Assembly (NCBI GenBank): GCA_030390025.1
Contig: CM059432.1
Span: 143,470,001 to 143,534,000 of the forward strand
Length of the DNA: 64,000 bases
Origin: Squalus acanthias
Lineage: Eukaryota
Direction: 5' to 3'
This document shows, in pieces, positions 23,701-38,700 of this stretch (the stretch's first letter is position 1; each line of letters opens with the position of its first letter). The notes beneath the pieces are model-generated. The model was not told the origin of the DNA. It searched no databases and saw nothing but the letters and a program-made list of their open reading frames with translations. The position numbers and the translations under genes are program-made.

Positions 23701-26700
23701 ATGTTGTTGAGGCTGCCGCGAAACACGAATGGAGGCTGAATCCATATGTGGAAAACAAGAAACTTTTATTCACTGCATGCTACACAAAAATGGCTGAGCG
23801 AAAGCTGCTCCCAGAATTCTCTTAAAAACTCCCAGAATTCTCTGGGTAAAACCTGAGGCCCCGCCCCCTTCTGCCTTAAAGGTAATGTGCCTTAAAGGGG
23901 AAGGGGCTGGAAATTTGTCCACAGACGGAAGAGTGGATTATGCCCGTTTTAGGTGGCGATCCGCCACACAGCTCCCCCCAGAATCCGCTTAGGAGGTGTG
24001 GACGAGATGGTGCGGCGGTCTGATGGGCCGGCCGGAACGGCTCTTGTAGGACGCCGGTGGACGTGGAACGGCCGGGCGTGGAGCAGCCGGGTGAACCGGC
24101 TTGAGGGCAGGTCGGCCGCGTGGAGGTGGACGAGCTACAGGGACCTGCTCACCGGGCTCCGAGTGTGCTGGCTTGAGTCGGTCCACCGACACTTTTTCGG
24201 TCCTGTCGCCCACTTGCAGGGCGAAAAATTTGTCCCCAGCCTGTAGCACCTTGTAGGGCCCGTCGTACGGGGGTTGAAGGGGTCCGCGGTGGGCATCGTG
24301 CCGGACGAAAACAAATTGTGCCTGGTGCAGGCTTAGTGGGACGTGTGAGGTGGATTCGCCGTGCCGGGCAATGGGCACCGGGGCGAACTGCAGCGCCGGT
24401 GAGGCGAAGTCGTGGCGTTGCTGGTCGGCTGACCAGGGTGTCGTGGTGGTGGGCAGGAACTCGTCGGGTACGCGCAGTGGCTGACCGTACACGAGCTCGG
24501 CTGCCGATGCGTGGAGGTCTTCTTTAACCGTGGTGCGCAGGCCGAGGAGGACCCACGGAAGTCGGTCGGTCCAGGCGCCGTCTTGGAGGCTGGCTCGAAG
24601 AGATGCCTTCAAGGATCTGTGGAACCGCTCACACAGTCCATTGGCTTGGGGGTGGTACGCTGTGGTGCGGTGAATGGTCACCCCAAGATTGCGTGCGACG
24701 GCGGTCCAGAGTTCAGAGGTAAATTGTGGAGCTCTGTCCGATGTCATGTCGGAGGGGACGCCGAACCGTGCGACCCAGGTGCTGATGAAGGCTCTGGCGA
24801 TGTCGGCGGTGGTGGTAGAGGTCAGTGGAATTGCCTCAGGCCAGCGTGTGGTGCGGTCAACGATGGTCAGCAAGTGCGTGTGGCCTTGCGACGGCGGCAG
24901 GGGCCCGATGATGTCCACGTGGATGTGGTTGAATCTCCGCGAGGGGACGGTAAACTCCTCGAGGGGTGCTTTCGTGTGTTGCTGTACCTTGGCCCGTTGG
25001 CAGGCTAGGCAGGAGTTGGCCCAAGTACGCACATCCTTGCGAAGGCCGCGCCAGACAAAGCGGTTGGCTACCAATTTGATGGATGCGCGGGCGCCGGGGT
25101 GGGAGAGGTTGTGGAGAATGTCGAATACCCGGCAGCGCCAGGACGCTGGGACGACGGGCCGAGGTTGACATAGGGATATGTCGCACTTGACCGTGACTGC
25201 GGTCGGGCCACAGGCGACGTCGGCCAGGCATAGCCCTGGTAGGTTGGTGGGTGCGGAGAGCAGATCAGGGTCGGTGCTCTGGTCTGCTGCGAGTTGAGCG
25301 TAGTCGACTGCTAGGTGTGCGGCGTGGATGGCGGGGCGGGAGAGGCAGTCGGCTACCACATTGTCTCGGCCGGAGACGTGTTGGATGTCCGTGGTGAACT
25401 CGGACACTGCCGCGAGCTGGCGCTGCTGCCTGGCGGACCAGGGGTCGGTTGTCTTTGCCATTGCGAATGTCAGGGGCTTGTGGTCGACAAACGCAGTGAA
25501 GGGGTGGCCCTCAAGCAAAAACCGGAAATGGCGGACCGCCAGGAACAGCGCGAGGAGCTCGCGGTCGAAGGTGCTGTACTTGACCTCCGGGGGGCGTAGT
25601 TGGCAGCTGAAGAAGGCAAGTGGTTGTCAACATTTAAGAGTAGTTTTGATAGGTGTCCGAAGGAAAAGGGGAATAAAGGATATGGGAACAGGGCAGGTAC
25701 ATGGGATTAACACTACAGGTCATGTGGAGGATAAACACTGCTTGGGCCGAGCGGCCTGTTTCTGTGTAATTCCAAGATACAGAATAAAATTCATTCTACT
25801 CTGTTCCAAAATTGTCCCTCAGTCCCAACCCCAATCCTGCCCTCACCCAACTTTCACACAGAAGTTATTACGTCAGGGGGGTTACTAGATAGCAATCGGG
25901 GGCGGGGGGATTCTTGGCTGATTTTTTCCTCCCAAACCCGGGAGAGAGCTGAGGCCAATTGCAGAACCCCTATCACCTGGCCTGTGTGCAAAAAGCCAGG
26001 AAATGCTGGAGACACTCAGCAGGTCGGTCAGTATCTGTGGAGAGAACTGAGGAGTTACTGTTTCAGGTGTCGACCCCTTCTCGTCCGTTCTCTCCACGGA
26101 TGCCGACTGACTCGCGGAGGGTTTCCGGAATTTTCTGTGTCGGTTGCAGAATTTCAACATCTGCGGCATTTTCCTTTTGGTCAGTCTCTCCTACTCGCTG
26201 GGTAAACTTGCTGATTAACTGAGAATGAAACCATCCTAACATAACATACATATCGACGTACGGTTGGTTTAATATCAAATATCTGTTGGAGCTCTACTCT
26301 TTGGAGTAGAGACGGTTTTGAAGTGTATTGTAGTCCTGAAACCTTATGGGGTTAAGCACAATGTGTGTTTCTATCTTTCAAGAGGTGACTGGGATCTACC
26401 CGTCTGAAGGGAGCGTGGAAGGAGGCACCCGCCTGACTGTGACTGGGCGGTTCTTTGATGAAACAGATGTCCCGGCCAGAGTTACTGTAGGAGGTATGTA
26501 AAAAGAAAAAAAGTTGCATTTATATAGCACCTTTCACGACCTCAGGACATCCCAAAGTGCTTTACAGCCAATGAAGTACTTTTTTGAAGTGTAGTCACTG
26601 TTGTAATGCAAGAAATACGGCAGCCAATTTGCGCACAGCAAGCTCCCACAAACAACAATGTGATAATGACCAGATAATCTGTTTTAGTGATGTTGATTGA

Positions 26701-29700
26701 GGGATAAATATTGGCACCAAGGACACCGGGGAGAACTCCCCTGCTGCTCTTCAAAATCGTGCCATGGGATCTTTTATTTCGTGGCTTATGGCCCGAGATG
26801 GCAGACGGGTCCTCGGTTTAACGTCTCATCTGAAAGACGGCACCTCCGACAGTGCCGCACTCCCTCAGTACTGCACTGGAGTGCTGGTCTGGATTATCTG
26901 GAGTGGGACACATGACCTTCTGACTCAGAGGTGAGAGTGCTACCACTGAGCCACGGCTAAGATCTAGTCTGTGGAACATGCTCCATTTATTATTAAATAA
27001 CTCTGGGGTAGATAGATCAACCTAGCCTGGAGCTCCACTCAATGGGCGTTGACTCCTACCTCCGACTAATGCTTCCTCCGAGCCTGGTTTCTAGCTGGGA
27101 GTCTGGGATCAGTGAATCTATCCTTTTGTGAAATAAGCTTTTTCTTTTTACCCCTGTCCTATTTATTAACACCACTTATAATTTGATCATTAAATATAGA
27201 TACAGTTTGGACAGTGTGGCTTATGGCCTGTGATGTGAACCCATTTTTATTTGAACATATCTAAGGTCATTTGCAGTGAACCTGTCATCTATTCCACTGT
27301 GATCAGTAAAGAAAAAAGATTGCTTTCACTCAACAAACCAGACCGTATTCAGACTATACGTAGAACAAAACCCATTCTTCTATTTTTGGTTTCTATATTT
27401 GTTTTCTCCATGTTTTACACAGGTCAGGGCTGTGAGATTCTAACAGTCAATACAACTGAAATAATCTGCCGGATCCCAAAAGAAATCAATCTTCCCACAA
27501 CAGTTTTTCCAGGTGATGTTTATTAAATATTTAATTCATAATTTTTCTTTGAGAATTTTAATTTAGTGACTATGTTAGACAGTCGTTAGATTGTATGTTC
27601 AGCTGATGTCAAATTATATATATGTAAAGGCCTTAGTTAATGAAAATGGATAGGACTACGCATATACAGGGCAATGTGTTAGAAATTCAATGTGATGTGC
27701 GACTTGCCAGTTATTATAACTTCATTCATATGCTTGGTATCCTAAAATAGATCTATTATGCTCCAACTATATCAGTACATTCTCTTCCCCCCTCCCCCCC
27801 ACCCAACTATTTTGGGTCAGTCAGGAACGCACACAGACTCGAATGTGGCAGAATGAACCGATATTGTTTGTAACCAAAGGTTAGTTCAGGAACGGCTAAC
27901 CTGCAAATAAGTTTAGCCTCTAATCGAGGCAGGCCATCTGATTTATTATTTTATGGTATGAGGAGTGATCGGGAGATGATGAAATCTCGTTATGAAAACT
28001 GTATTCTGTTCATTCCTGTACTCGATGTAAAATAAATCACTTTGTTGGTTTACAATCAGCTTTATCTCATTAGGGCAATTTTTAGTCTGCCTTCTGAAAA
28101 GACAGGAGAATGGAATTGGAAACACTTACCACATCACAGTATCCAGTACACACAACAAGGTGTCTGTTGTTACAATCCCCTGGTCATGCTACCATTTACC
28201 GTCTCTCTGTGGTGATCTGTCCACTACTTGCTCCAAAAAACCTGGTGGTTAAACACATTTTTTTTCTTTGTAAGGTTCTAAAGCAATTACTGACATCTAA
28301 TATCAAGTGTTTTTTTTCACTACAAGAGATTGGAATCATGACTTTCCAGAAAGAAATCTGTTGTTCACCAACCTCAACCCATGTTTTTTTCAGGAGGCTC
28401 TGGGGTTGGAGCTTCATGCTGGTCTCAAAGATGGAGGCCTAGGTCTTAAACTCCTCCCTGAGCAAGTAATGAACATATGAAAATGGAGAGGAACAGGCCA
28501 GCTGATCCACTGACCCTGCCCCAGACTGTGCAACTTATGTACCACCTGACCCCCATTCATCAGCCCCTTACAATCTCCTGGGAGAGACAAAGAGGGGGCG
28601 ATTTTTCCCAGCCCTGGGGAGGCGGGTATGGAGGCGGGACTGCCGGGAAAATGGCAGAATCTGGGAGCGGGTACCCAACCCGCCCCCAACCCACCTCCGT
28701 GCCATCTTCCCAGGAGGCTGGTACCCGACCCGCGCCGGGTCCCGTCTCCTGGAGGCGGGAAGGGGATTAGTGCCAATTAACTGCCTGTTAACTGGTAGCT
28801 AACAGGCAGTTTTTGGGCTAATCCCTATTTTGAGCCCTAAAGTGTGGGCTTCCCGACGGCTCCGAACCTCGCTAGGGTCAGCGAGGCGAGCCGTGAGTCT
28901 GCGGGGGTCGGAGGGGCCGAAAAGTGCACTGTGGAGGTGAGTGATGAGTGCAATGTGGAGAGCTAAGTATGAGAGGTGAGTGTAGAGTCTTTTTAATAAG
29001 ATTACTTACCTTTGCTTCTTCCTCCAGGCTTCATCCCTTTAGGCTGCGGAGCTGCTCCATCTCCACGGCAGAGATGACAGAATAGCTGCTGCATTCTCCG
29101 ATGCAACAGCCTTCTGCTTTCTGCTCAGGAAAGCTTTCTAAGTGAGCCTTGAGTAAAGGATTTAACTTAGAAGACAGATTGTCAGTGTTTGACTGCTTCA
29201 CAGAGCTGTCAAACGATGACAATTCATCTGTCAAAAAATCTTGACAGATGAAACGTCATACGCTGACGTTCTCTGTCACCGGCTTTCCCTTAATTGGCCT
29301 GCTAAGCCCGCTGGGCGGGCTTAACGAGGTCAATCAAGGGAAAATAGCATGGGTTGGCCGGACGTCGATGGAGGCGGGACTAAAACCCGACAAGCAGCAG
29401 TCCCGCCTCCATCACGTCACCATTGATAAAATCACCCCCCAAAAAAAAGAACAAACCTTCGGCCAATTGATAAACCAAACCTCAAAGGCGATCAAACAAG
29501 TTCCAGGAGACCACAGTGACTGAGAGACACCCCCCCCCCCCCCCGCTAATGCTCAACCTTCTATACGAAGTCATGTTGGCTACACTCACCAACTCGTCCA
29601 GCTCTCTTTTGAATGTGCGCCGCGAATCCACACTCACTGCACGAACCGGCAGCTTGTTCCAGAGGCTGGCGACACTCTGCGCAAAGAAATACCTCTTGAA

Positions 29701-32700
29701 ATCTAACCTAGTCCTCTGGTTACATTACTTATACTCATGACCCCTGGTCCTCCCTAACCTATCTAACTCAAATAGCCTATTGACATGGACCGAATCTAAT
29801 CCAACATCCACTTCTAGCCTTCTTGAATCTTCTCTGTAATATGTTATTTTCTGTAATGGAAAATATGTTGCTATTTACTCCCTGGTAAATCTTGTGGGTG
29901 AACGACCTCTTCTTTGGACAGTTTAGGTTATTAAAACAACTATTGAAAACCTAATTGGACTTGGTCAATAATAAACGATGGTGGATGTATGCAGAAAACA
30001 CGAAAAGGGTAATTCTTCAAACCCGCACTCCAGATGTGGAACTTGACCACTGCAAATGTCTCTTGTCCATAATGAATGGACCAGTGACTCCAGCAGCACA
30101 GTAACAACTTGCATTTATAGGACACCCCGCACAGCCTCCGGATGTCCCAAAGTGCTTTCCGGCCACCCGAAGTACTTTTGAAGTATAGTAACTGTTGTAA
30201 TCGATTTTCTTCACCCCCACCATTGGCGGCTGTGCCTTCAGCGGCCTAGGGCCTAAGCTCTGGAATTCATTCCCTCCACCTCTCTACCTCTCTCTCTCCT
30301 CCTTTAAGATACTCCTTAAAACCTACCTCTTTGACCAAGCTTTTGGTCACTGGTCCTAATATCTCTTTATGTGACTGGGTGTCAAATTTTTCTGATAACG
30401 GTCCTGTGAATCGGCTTGGGACGTTTTACTATGTTCATTGCTCTATAAATACAAGTTGTTGTTGTAATGTAGACTAACACAGCAGCCAATTTGCGCACAG
30501 CAAGGTCCCACAAACAGCAATGAAATCAATGAGTGGATAATCTGTTTTGATGGTGTGATAGAGGGATGAATGGAGAGCTCTCATAGGTTCTTTTGAGTCC
30601 AACTCAACAGGCAGACGGGGCCTTGGTTTAACATCTCATCCACAATGCAGCCCTCCCTCAGCCTAGAATATGTGTTCACATCTCTGGAATGGCTCTTAAA
30701 CTCATGAACCTCTGACTCAAAGGGGAAAGTTCTAACACTGAGCCAAACTGACACATATGGCCAAGTGGCTGTTAGACTGATTCATTAGGCCAGCCTTTAA
30801 AGTATATGCTTATAATTTGGTTCAGAACTCTGAATAAAGACGCTCCTCATCATCATCCTTTTTGATAGGCTTTATTGGTAAGGAATAGAGTCAACAGTCA
30901 GACAGACCATAGAATAAAACCCAGTGAACAAGCTATCTTCAATGGAATAAAAAGCACAGATCATGCATTACCAATCTGAGTGACACCAAAAAGTCTGCTA
31001 ACCTGGGCCAATTCTATCTTGCATGCGTGCTCCTGGGGTGGGGGAGTATTTCCTTGGAGCTGCTCAAAATTTCTCTTTTTAAACCATAAATAAAGACGTG
31101 CATATACATAGCATCTTTCACGATCTCAGGATGTCCCAAAGCGTTTTACAGCCAATGAATTACTTTTGAAGCGCAAGGTCCCAGGTGAACTTTTATTGAC
31201 ACATATAGCCATTAACGATTATGCTGAAAGAGTTCCAAACAATTCCATATAAGGAAAAGCTAATACACAAAGATACAGCTTATTTATAGTTCAGTTAACG
31301 AGATGAATTCCTATCTAGTGAGCAAACATACATCTTTTACAGTCCAGTTAACAAGGTCTGTACAGTTCCTCATTCCTGTTATCTTATCACAAAGCACTTT
31401 CTTCTTGCAGTTAATTGCTGTCCAACCAAGTGTGTCCACTGTTCACAAGTCTGTTTTTAGTTCTACATTTTAATTCATTAGTTCTAACCTAAACTAGTCA
31501 ATTAGTTGCGTCGTGAATGGAGCGCTCCCACACGTCTTTTGATTCCGCCTCAACAAGCAGATGGGGCCAAGTAACAACTCTTGATCCCTGTACCATCAAG
31601 GACGCATCCTCAATGAGGTGATTTGCTCGCACAAGCGTAACCTAATTAAGGGTTAGCTTCAGTTCAAAATTTCAGCAGCTTCCATAATATTTTCATTCAG
31701 AGTTCGGTGGACTCCAGCTTGGGCAGGTGTGTATAACAGTATTCTAGAGAAAAGAGAAGGCTGAGGGGTGATCTGCTCGAGGACTTTAAAATAATGAAAG
31801 GGTTTGACAGGGTAGAGGTAGAGAAGATGTTTCCACTTGTGGTAGAGACCAGAGTTAGGGGCCGTAATGATAAGATAGTCACTAATAAATCCAATCGGGA
31901 ACTCAGGAGAAACTTCTTTACCCAGAGAGTGGTGAGAATGTGGAACTCGCTACCGCAAGGAGTGGTTGAGGTGAATAGCGTAGATGCGTTTAAGGGGAAG
32001 CTAGATAAGCACATGAGGGAGAAAGGAATAGAAGATTATGTTGATGGGATTAGATGAAATAGGGTGGGAGGAGGCTCCTGTGGAGCATAAACACCGGCAC
32101 GGACCAGTTGGGCCGAATGGCCTGTTTCTGTGCTGGAAATTCGATGTAATTCTAGTACAGCATTATACTTGTCCAGTTACTAAAATCTCATTTGCTTACA
32201 GTGGTCAAACAGGATGCCTGCAGGTAAGGCTTATATTTTTTGATACAAAAGCCTATCTAGGTCTAAATCACACAGGGCAAGCCTGTGGACTACTCCAATG
32301 ACCCTTGCAAAGCAATTTGGTGGACTTCTTTCAAAACATAGTCACATTCACTGTGTTCCAGTGAGAAATGCCATTTTATTAGTAGAATTATCAATGGTAG
32401 GGTACAAAACAACAAGGTCGATTTATGCTTGCACCTATTTATTGAGTCAATTTCCTGTTGGTTTAGGGGGAAGAGGCTTGAAGGTAGAAACATGGCAAAG
32501 TGGCACCCTGAATGACTTGCCAAACTACAATGAAAGTACTCCAGGGTATTCAGTGTCTTGGATTGATGAGGCTTTGTATAAACCCTCCACACCGTGGCGT
32601 CCATCAGTTACACGTTTAAGTGGGTTCTTTGTTGCTCCGGAGACTGACAATTACCGTTTCTATATCCGAGGCAGAGGTGCATTTGCACTTTATTTCAGCT

Positions 32701-35700
32701 TAACCGGGCTCCCTCAGGACAAGGTGCGTAAACAAAAGCTTGTAATCGTACTTTAACGTTTACTGATTCAGCTAGCCACTAGCTTTTATGTGAACTTAAC
32801 ATAAGAAGGTACATACTGGCGAGTGTGCAGCTTTTATCAATGGGGACGATGACAGTGATGAGGAGTGGAACTGTGCACCTGGACACACCATCAGCTCCGA
32901 GCATGGAGACAGAGCGGGGAAATGGGGTTAGACTGGTCCAAATTTAAATTCTATGATAACTTGGCTCTTCAGCAAAGTGCTTTAACCTTTACAAGACCAT
33001 TTCCAACCTAGTAAAGGATTCGGAGTGGAGTTAGCAAGGGTTTGACCTTGGGAGTCCTAATATTTACATATTATTATTATTTGGGAAAATAAGAGTGAAG
33101 ACTAAAACAATATAATCCTTTAATCCTAAATAGGGGATTTAATGGCCTTTGGTATTCATTGGGTTTCAATCTCCAATTGCCAAGAAAGAGCATTTGAGAG
33201 AGATGTTCTACAGAATGGTTCTGAGAGGTATGGGGGTCTGCCACTGGGAGATGGTCAGGGTCTGGCATCAAGTAGTGAGGGGCTGGAGGCTGCTAACACT
33301 CAGGGGTAAAGCAGCACTTGACGGGATCCGGGATCAGGCAGCAAGATGAGATGAAGGAGTTTCTTTGGAAAAGAGGGAACTTGGATTTGACCCAATAAAA
33401 GTTTCCAAAGATATGAAGTGGATCAATAAAGCTGATGCACACAAATTGTTCACTTTGATAAAGAATTCAGGAACTAGGAGACGCCATCTACAATTAGGAA
33501 TAAAGAAGGAATTCAGGCAGATCTGCTGATAATTTTACATGTTCTGTCTCTGCATCATTTCCCAGGTCAAGGTTGCCTATGGAACCTGGCAGCGTTACCA
33601 ACAGTCTGAAACGCTACGGCTTCAGAAAGGGAAAGAGTAAGTGACATCCACCTGGCCAAGTCTTCAGGTTTTTTATACTTCTTTTACATATATTATTGCA
33701 AAGTTACATATGGAATTTACATATGCAATTGAAAATTACATTGTAATTTGCATAGTTAATTGCCAATTTACACATCAATTTGCATATATAATCGACCATT
33801 GGTGTGTCATTTACATATGTAATTGAACATTTACCCGTGTAATTTATGCATGCCATTAAAAAATTTACATCTGTGCATTACGTCGAATTATAAATTTACA
33901 TGTGTAATTTACATGTTGAATTGAAAATTTCTGTATTAATGTAAAATTTACTTTGAAATTAAATTTGAGAAGTAGGAAATTGAAGTTCATTTGAAAATAG
34001 TGGTCCTAAAATTCTGTTGAGGGCACTAAGGGACCAACACATTACTGGGCAGAGCAATTACAGATGATTCAATACAACTGATAACACTGTCAAATGGTAA
34101 AATGAATTCAATCAACAAAATATATTTGACTAGAAATTTCACCGTGCCATAAATGTACCCCACAGGTAGAGTCATGTACCCACTGTGGCTCTGCCTCTGG
34201 GATAAACGCAACAGTTGGACAAAGCTCGCGGCAGTACATAGCGAGTCATGAGGCAGTTACTAAAGTCTTATTCATGAATTAATAAGAAAACAAAATGAGT
34301 GAGAATCATTATGGTGTAGGGGCATTTTAATACAGCACTTCTCAGTAGGTTGCACGAGTGATCACTTGATACTTTCCAAACGTGACTGTCTTCAAAATCA
34401 CCCTGTCAAAGGATGATGAATTAAATTTACAGGGACACGTCAGCCCTGAAGATCACCTTTTGGGGCATTTAACTCTGGACTTGATCTAAACACAGAGGGG
34501 ATGCTTTTCACCGTTGGTGGGGGTGGATTGGCACTCAATGGAAACCGCCTGTGCAAGAGTATCATTGGTTTCCGCCGCACTGCCGGCAAAGTTCCAGCAG
34601 CAGAACGGAACAGCTCTGAGGAAATTCACGGCCAAGGAGACATCAATTTAAGATTGCCACTAAGAGAGGGAGGAGCGGGATTAGGAGAAATGTCTTTATG
34701 CAGAGGGTTGTTGGAGCAGGGAACGCTTTCCCACAGGGAGTGGTTAAGGTAGAAACCATTGCCCCTTCGACAGCGCCTCCCAAACCCGCGACCTCTATCA
34801 CCTTGAAGGACGAGGGCAGCAGACGCATGGGAACACCATCAACTCCAAGTTCCCCTCCAAGTCGCACACCATCCTGATTTAGAAGTATATCGCCGATCCT
34901 TCATCGTCGCTAGGTCAAAATCCTGGAACTCCCTCCCTAACAGCACTGTGGGAGTACCTTCACCACACGGACTGCAGCGGTTCAAGAAGGCGGCTCACCA
35001 CCACCTTCTCTCGGGCAATTAGAGATGGGCAATAAATGCTGGCCTTGCCAGCGACACCCTCATCCCATAAATGAATGAATGAATATATAAATAAAAACCT
35101 TGTATGGGAAAATTGGATAAATATTTGAAGTAGAGGAAGCACAGGAACATGGAGAGAGACCCGGGCAACAGGGATAGTTTTGGATTGCTCTAGCAAAGAG
35201 CTGGCACAGATGCAAAGGGTCAAATGGCCTCCTCCTGTGCTGTGTTTTACTTTGAGAAGTAAATATTGGTCAGGACACTTGGAAACTCCCTGTTCCTCTT
35301 CACATAGTGCCACGGGATTTTTTAAATATTCACTTGCATAGGCAGATGGGGCCTCGGTTTAACGTTTAATCTGAAAGACGGCGCCTCCAACCATGCAGCA
35401 CTGACTCAGCGCTGCACTAGAGTGTCAGCCTGGATTATGAGCCCAATGTGCCGTCCCAGTGCACAATCTTCTGCTCCAGGAATGCTGAATTCAAAACTGT
35501 GCCTCCACACATCTACTCTTCTGATTTATGGAGCTGAGGCCACAGCAATAGTTTTCAATCTTGCGGTCTTGGGAGGGAATCTGGTAGACCGGATCACCCA
35601 ATCAAATCAGTGGAAATGGAATATGGAGCGGTTTTCTGTCACAGGGCGGGTCCGATCCACCAGATTACTGCCCATGAGGTGAGGGTGAAAATAAACCCCC

Positions 35701-38700
35701 CACCCCAGAACCTGGCTCGTTGAATCACCCGTGAAATACGTTCTGTTTTGTGAGGGTCTTTAGTTCCTTGAAGGGATAAAAGAGGAAAAGAAAGTCTGAA
35801 CGGTGAAACCTGGAAGCAGAAACGAGCACTGGGAAGGGCACAGCAGGGCAATCAGGGTCTAAAGGAGTAAGTTGTGTTGAAACATCAACCATCCTTTGGA
35901 TGAGACATTCAGTTCAGGCGGATTTTAAAGATTCCCACAGCACTATTTCGTAGAGGAACAGGGGAGTTCTCCCTGGTGTCCTGGGCAACGTTCCTCTCTC
36001 ACTCAACCAACAACACCAAAAACAGATTCACTGGCCATCCATCTTATTGCTGCTAGTGGGATCTTGCTGTGTGCAAGATGGCTGATATGCTTGTCTGCAA
36101 AACAATAGTGTAAAGCACTTTTAGATGTCTCTGTGAGAGGTGATGAAGTGCGGTTTAAACCTAAGCCTTTCAAACCTTATTCTATTGCAGAATGAGCTCC
36201 CGTACCTTTCCTGCGTGGTGTTTTTAATTCCTGAAGACTGACCACAAACCGGAATTGTTTTGTCACTCCACAGATATTACACTGAAGTGGTGCTGCAGGA
36301 AAACAGCAAGTCTTCCTTTGTTGAGCTTGGTGTGCACAGGGACAGCAGCTCCTACACGGAGCAACAGACAGCAGACTCTGTCAATGAAGTCCAGCGCATC
36401 AGCACACACTCTGACATTGTCTATGAGAAACAGGTCAGTCCCGAATCTCTCATTCCCGTTAGTGCAGTTCCCTTGCCGGCAGATAGCTGGATTGCGGGAG
36501 TTAATGGGAACAGGAAAATTGTTTGCCTAGTCTATGCAACCTGTCCTCGGAATTTAACCCTTTTAGTCCCGGTATAAATCTGGTGAATCTGCACTGCACC
36601 CCCCCACCCCAACCCCTCCCCCCTCCGCATCCCACCAAGGACAATATATCCTTCTGAGTATGATGAGTTTTTCTTCATTTAATTCTATGAAAAAAAGTCT
36701 CTGCATTTTGTACCTGACGTTTGTTGCCAGCTTCAATTTAGCGCTGTTTGATTTTACAATTTTAGATTCTGACCTTGGAGAACTGGACAATGGGAAGTGC
36801 AGTCAGTGAGGTTCAGACAATCACCGTCACCAGCCCTTGCCAGGAATCTGGTGCATGTTCGCACCATTGGTACAGGCTCATCTACAATCAGGAGCACACA
36901 GGTACAGTGGTGGCAAATGCAGCATATATATAACTAGAGGTATGGGCCAATTAACCTTCTTCTCTGCGCTTTGCATAACCTCCTCCAGCCCTACAAGCCT
37001 CCGAGAACTCTGCGCTCCTCCAATTCTGGCCTCTTGAGCATCCCCCGATTTTAATCGCTCCACCATTGACGGCCGTGCCTTCAGCTGCCAAGGCCCTGAG
37101 CTCTGGAATTCCCTCCCTAAACCTCTCTTCCTCTCTCCCCTCCTTTAAGACGCTCCTTAAAATCTACCTCTTTGACCAAGCTTTTGGTCAGCTGTCCTAA
37201 TATCTCCTTATGCAGCTTGGTATCAAATTTTGTTTGATAATCAATCCTGAAGCACCTTAGGACTATGTTAAAGGCGCTATATAAATACAGTTTGCTGGGG
37301 TTTTGTACAGGGGCCTGTTAAAGAACCTTACTGTCTTCTGCATGCTCCGTGTGTGAAGGAACTGCATGAAGTGACCTTGAGTAATACAGTCCAGGAAGGT
37401 CCCCGGGTGCCTTTACACTTCCTTGGGTTGTGTCAGGAGAGTGCTGTCTGCCTGTGTTTGCATGCCTCTGTGGTACCCGCCTCGGTGTAGGTCAGCTGCA
37501 GCATTTGGCCGTGCCGCTTTGAAGACTGTGCAAAGTATTGACGTCCGGGACATCTGTCATTACAGCATCAGCTCACGGCTGTGCTGACTCTGAATGCGTG
37601 CGGCAGAAATTCACTTGGGCCCTGTTTCCGGGTCTAGACTTGACGCTGTGCAGGCAGCCCATGCCCGAACCGAGAGGGCCCGAGACCGTCCCGAAATTGG
37701 GGGCCCAGGCCTCGTTAACGTTTCGTGCGCGAGCCACTAGTGCCTGGCTCCACGAAATCGGGCAGCTTCCGTCGCCGGCAGTGGTCCAACAGGTTAGTCC
37801 TGGGTGGGGAGTGGGAGGGTGGGTGGGAAGATTGGAGCCAGCACTGGGGGGAGTATCGCGGTGGCTGTGGAGTTGGGGGGAACGCTCCTGCTCCTCCTAG
37901 CTTCACAGCAAATTTTTTTGGGATCGGGCCAATTTCCAGGAGTTAGGCCCCTTACATATGTCAAACATTAACGCCTGTTTTAGGCCCCCTGGCAGAAATT
38001 GGACATCTCAGGAGCCTGGGTTTGCTCCACTGCAGATACTTCAGCCACCTCCACCGAAAGGTAAGATTGTTTAAAAAAAAAGTTCCTTGTGGAGGTGGAA
38101 ACTCAACAGTAGCCCAATCGTCCACCAACCTTTCTTTCAGTTTTTAATACAGGCGCCAGGCTGTGAGATACCTCATGATGCGCAGAGCTTTCAATTTCAG
38201 TTTGGTATGTACAAGGTGCCTTTTTCACTTGCTACTCAATGTAAACGATGTAAATGCATCATGTTTCACTGAATTAACACGCCTTAAAATGCATGAAGTT
38301 CTTCAGTTCCCAACCTTCTAACACACAATAATACTTCTTAAACGCGTAACACTTTAAAAAAATATATAAACACATAAAATTACTTTGTATAGACATTGAA
38401 GATATTGGTACTGTAAATCTGATTGACTGACAAAACTTTAATAGTGAAATCAATGAAATATTTTCATTCACTTTGCAATTTGTGTTCAAAATTATCTGGG
38501 GTTTTGATGGATTAGATAGGGAGAAACTGTTTCCACCGGCAGGAGGGTCGGTAACCAGAGGACACAGATTTAAGATAATTGGCAAAAGAACCAGAGGGGA
38601 GATGAGGAGAATTTTCTTTACTCAGCGAGTTGTTGTGATCTGGGACGCGCTGCCTGAAAGGGCGGTGGAAGCAGATTCAACAGACTAATCTATTGGAATT

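Noticed and set aside
33690..33990. AT-rich stretch with recurring tttacatatg/aatt palindromic words
   Set aside because: Degenerate low-complexity repeat; no consistent unit or structure I can support.
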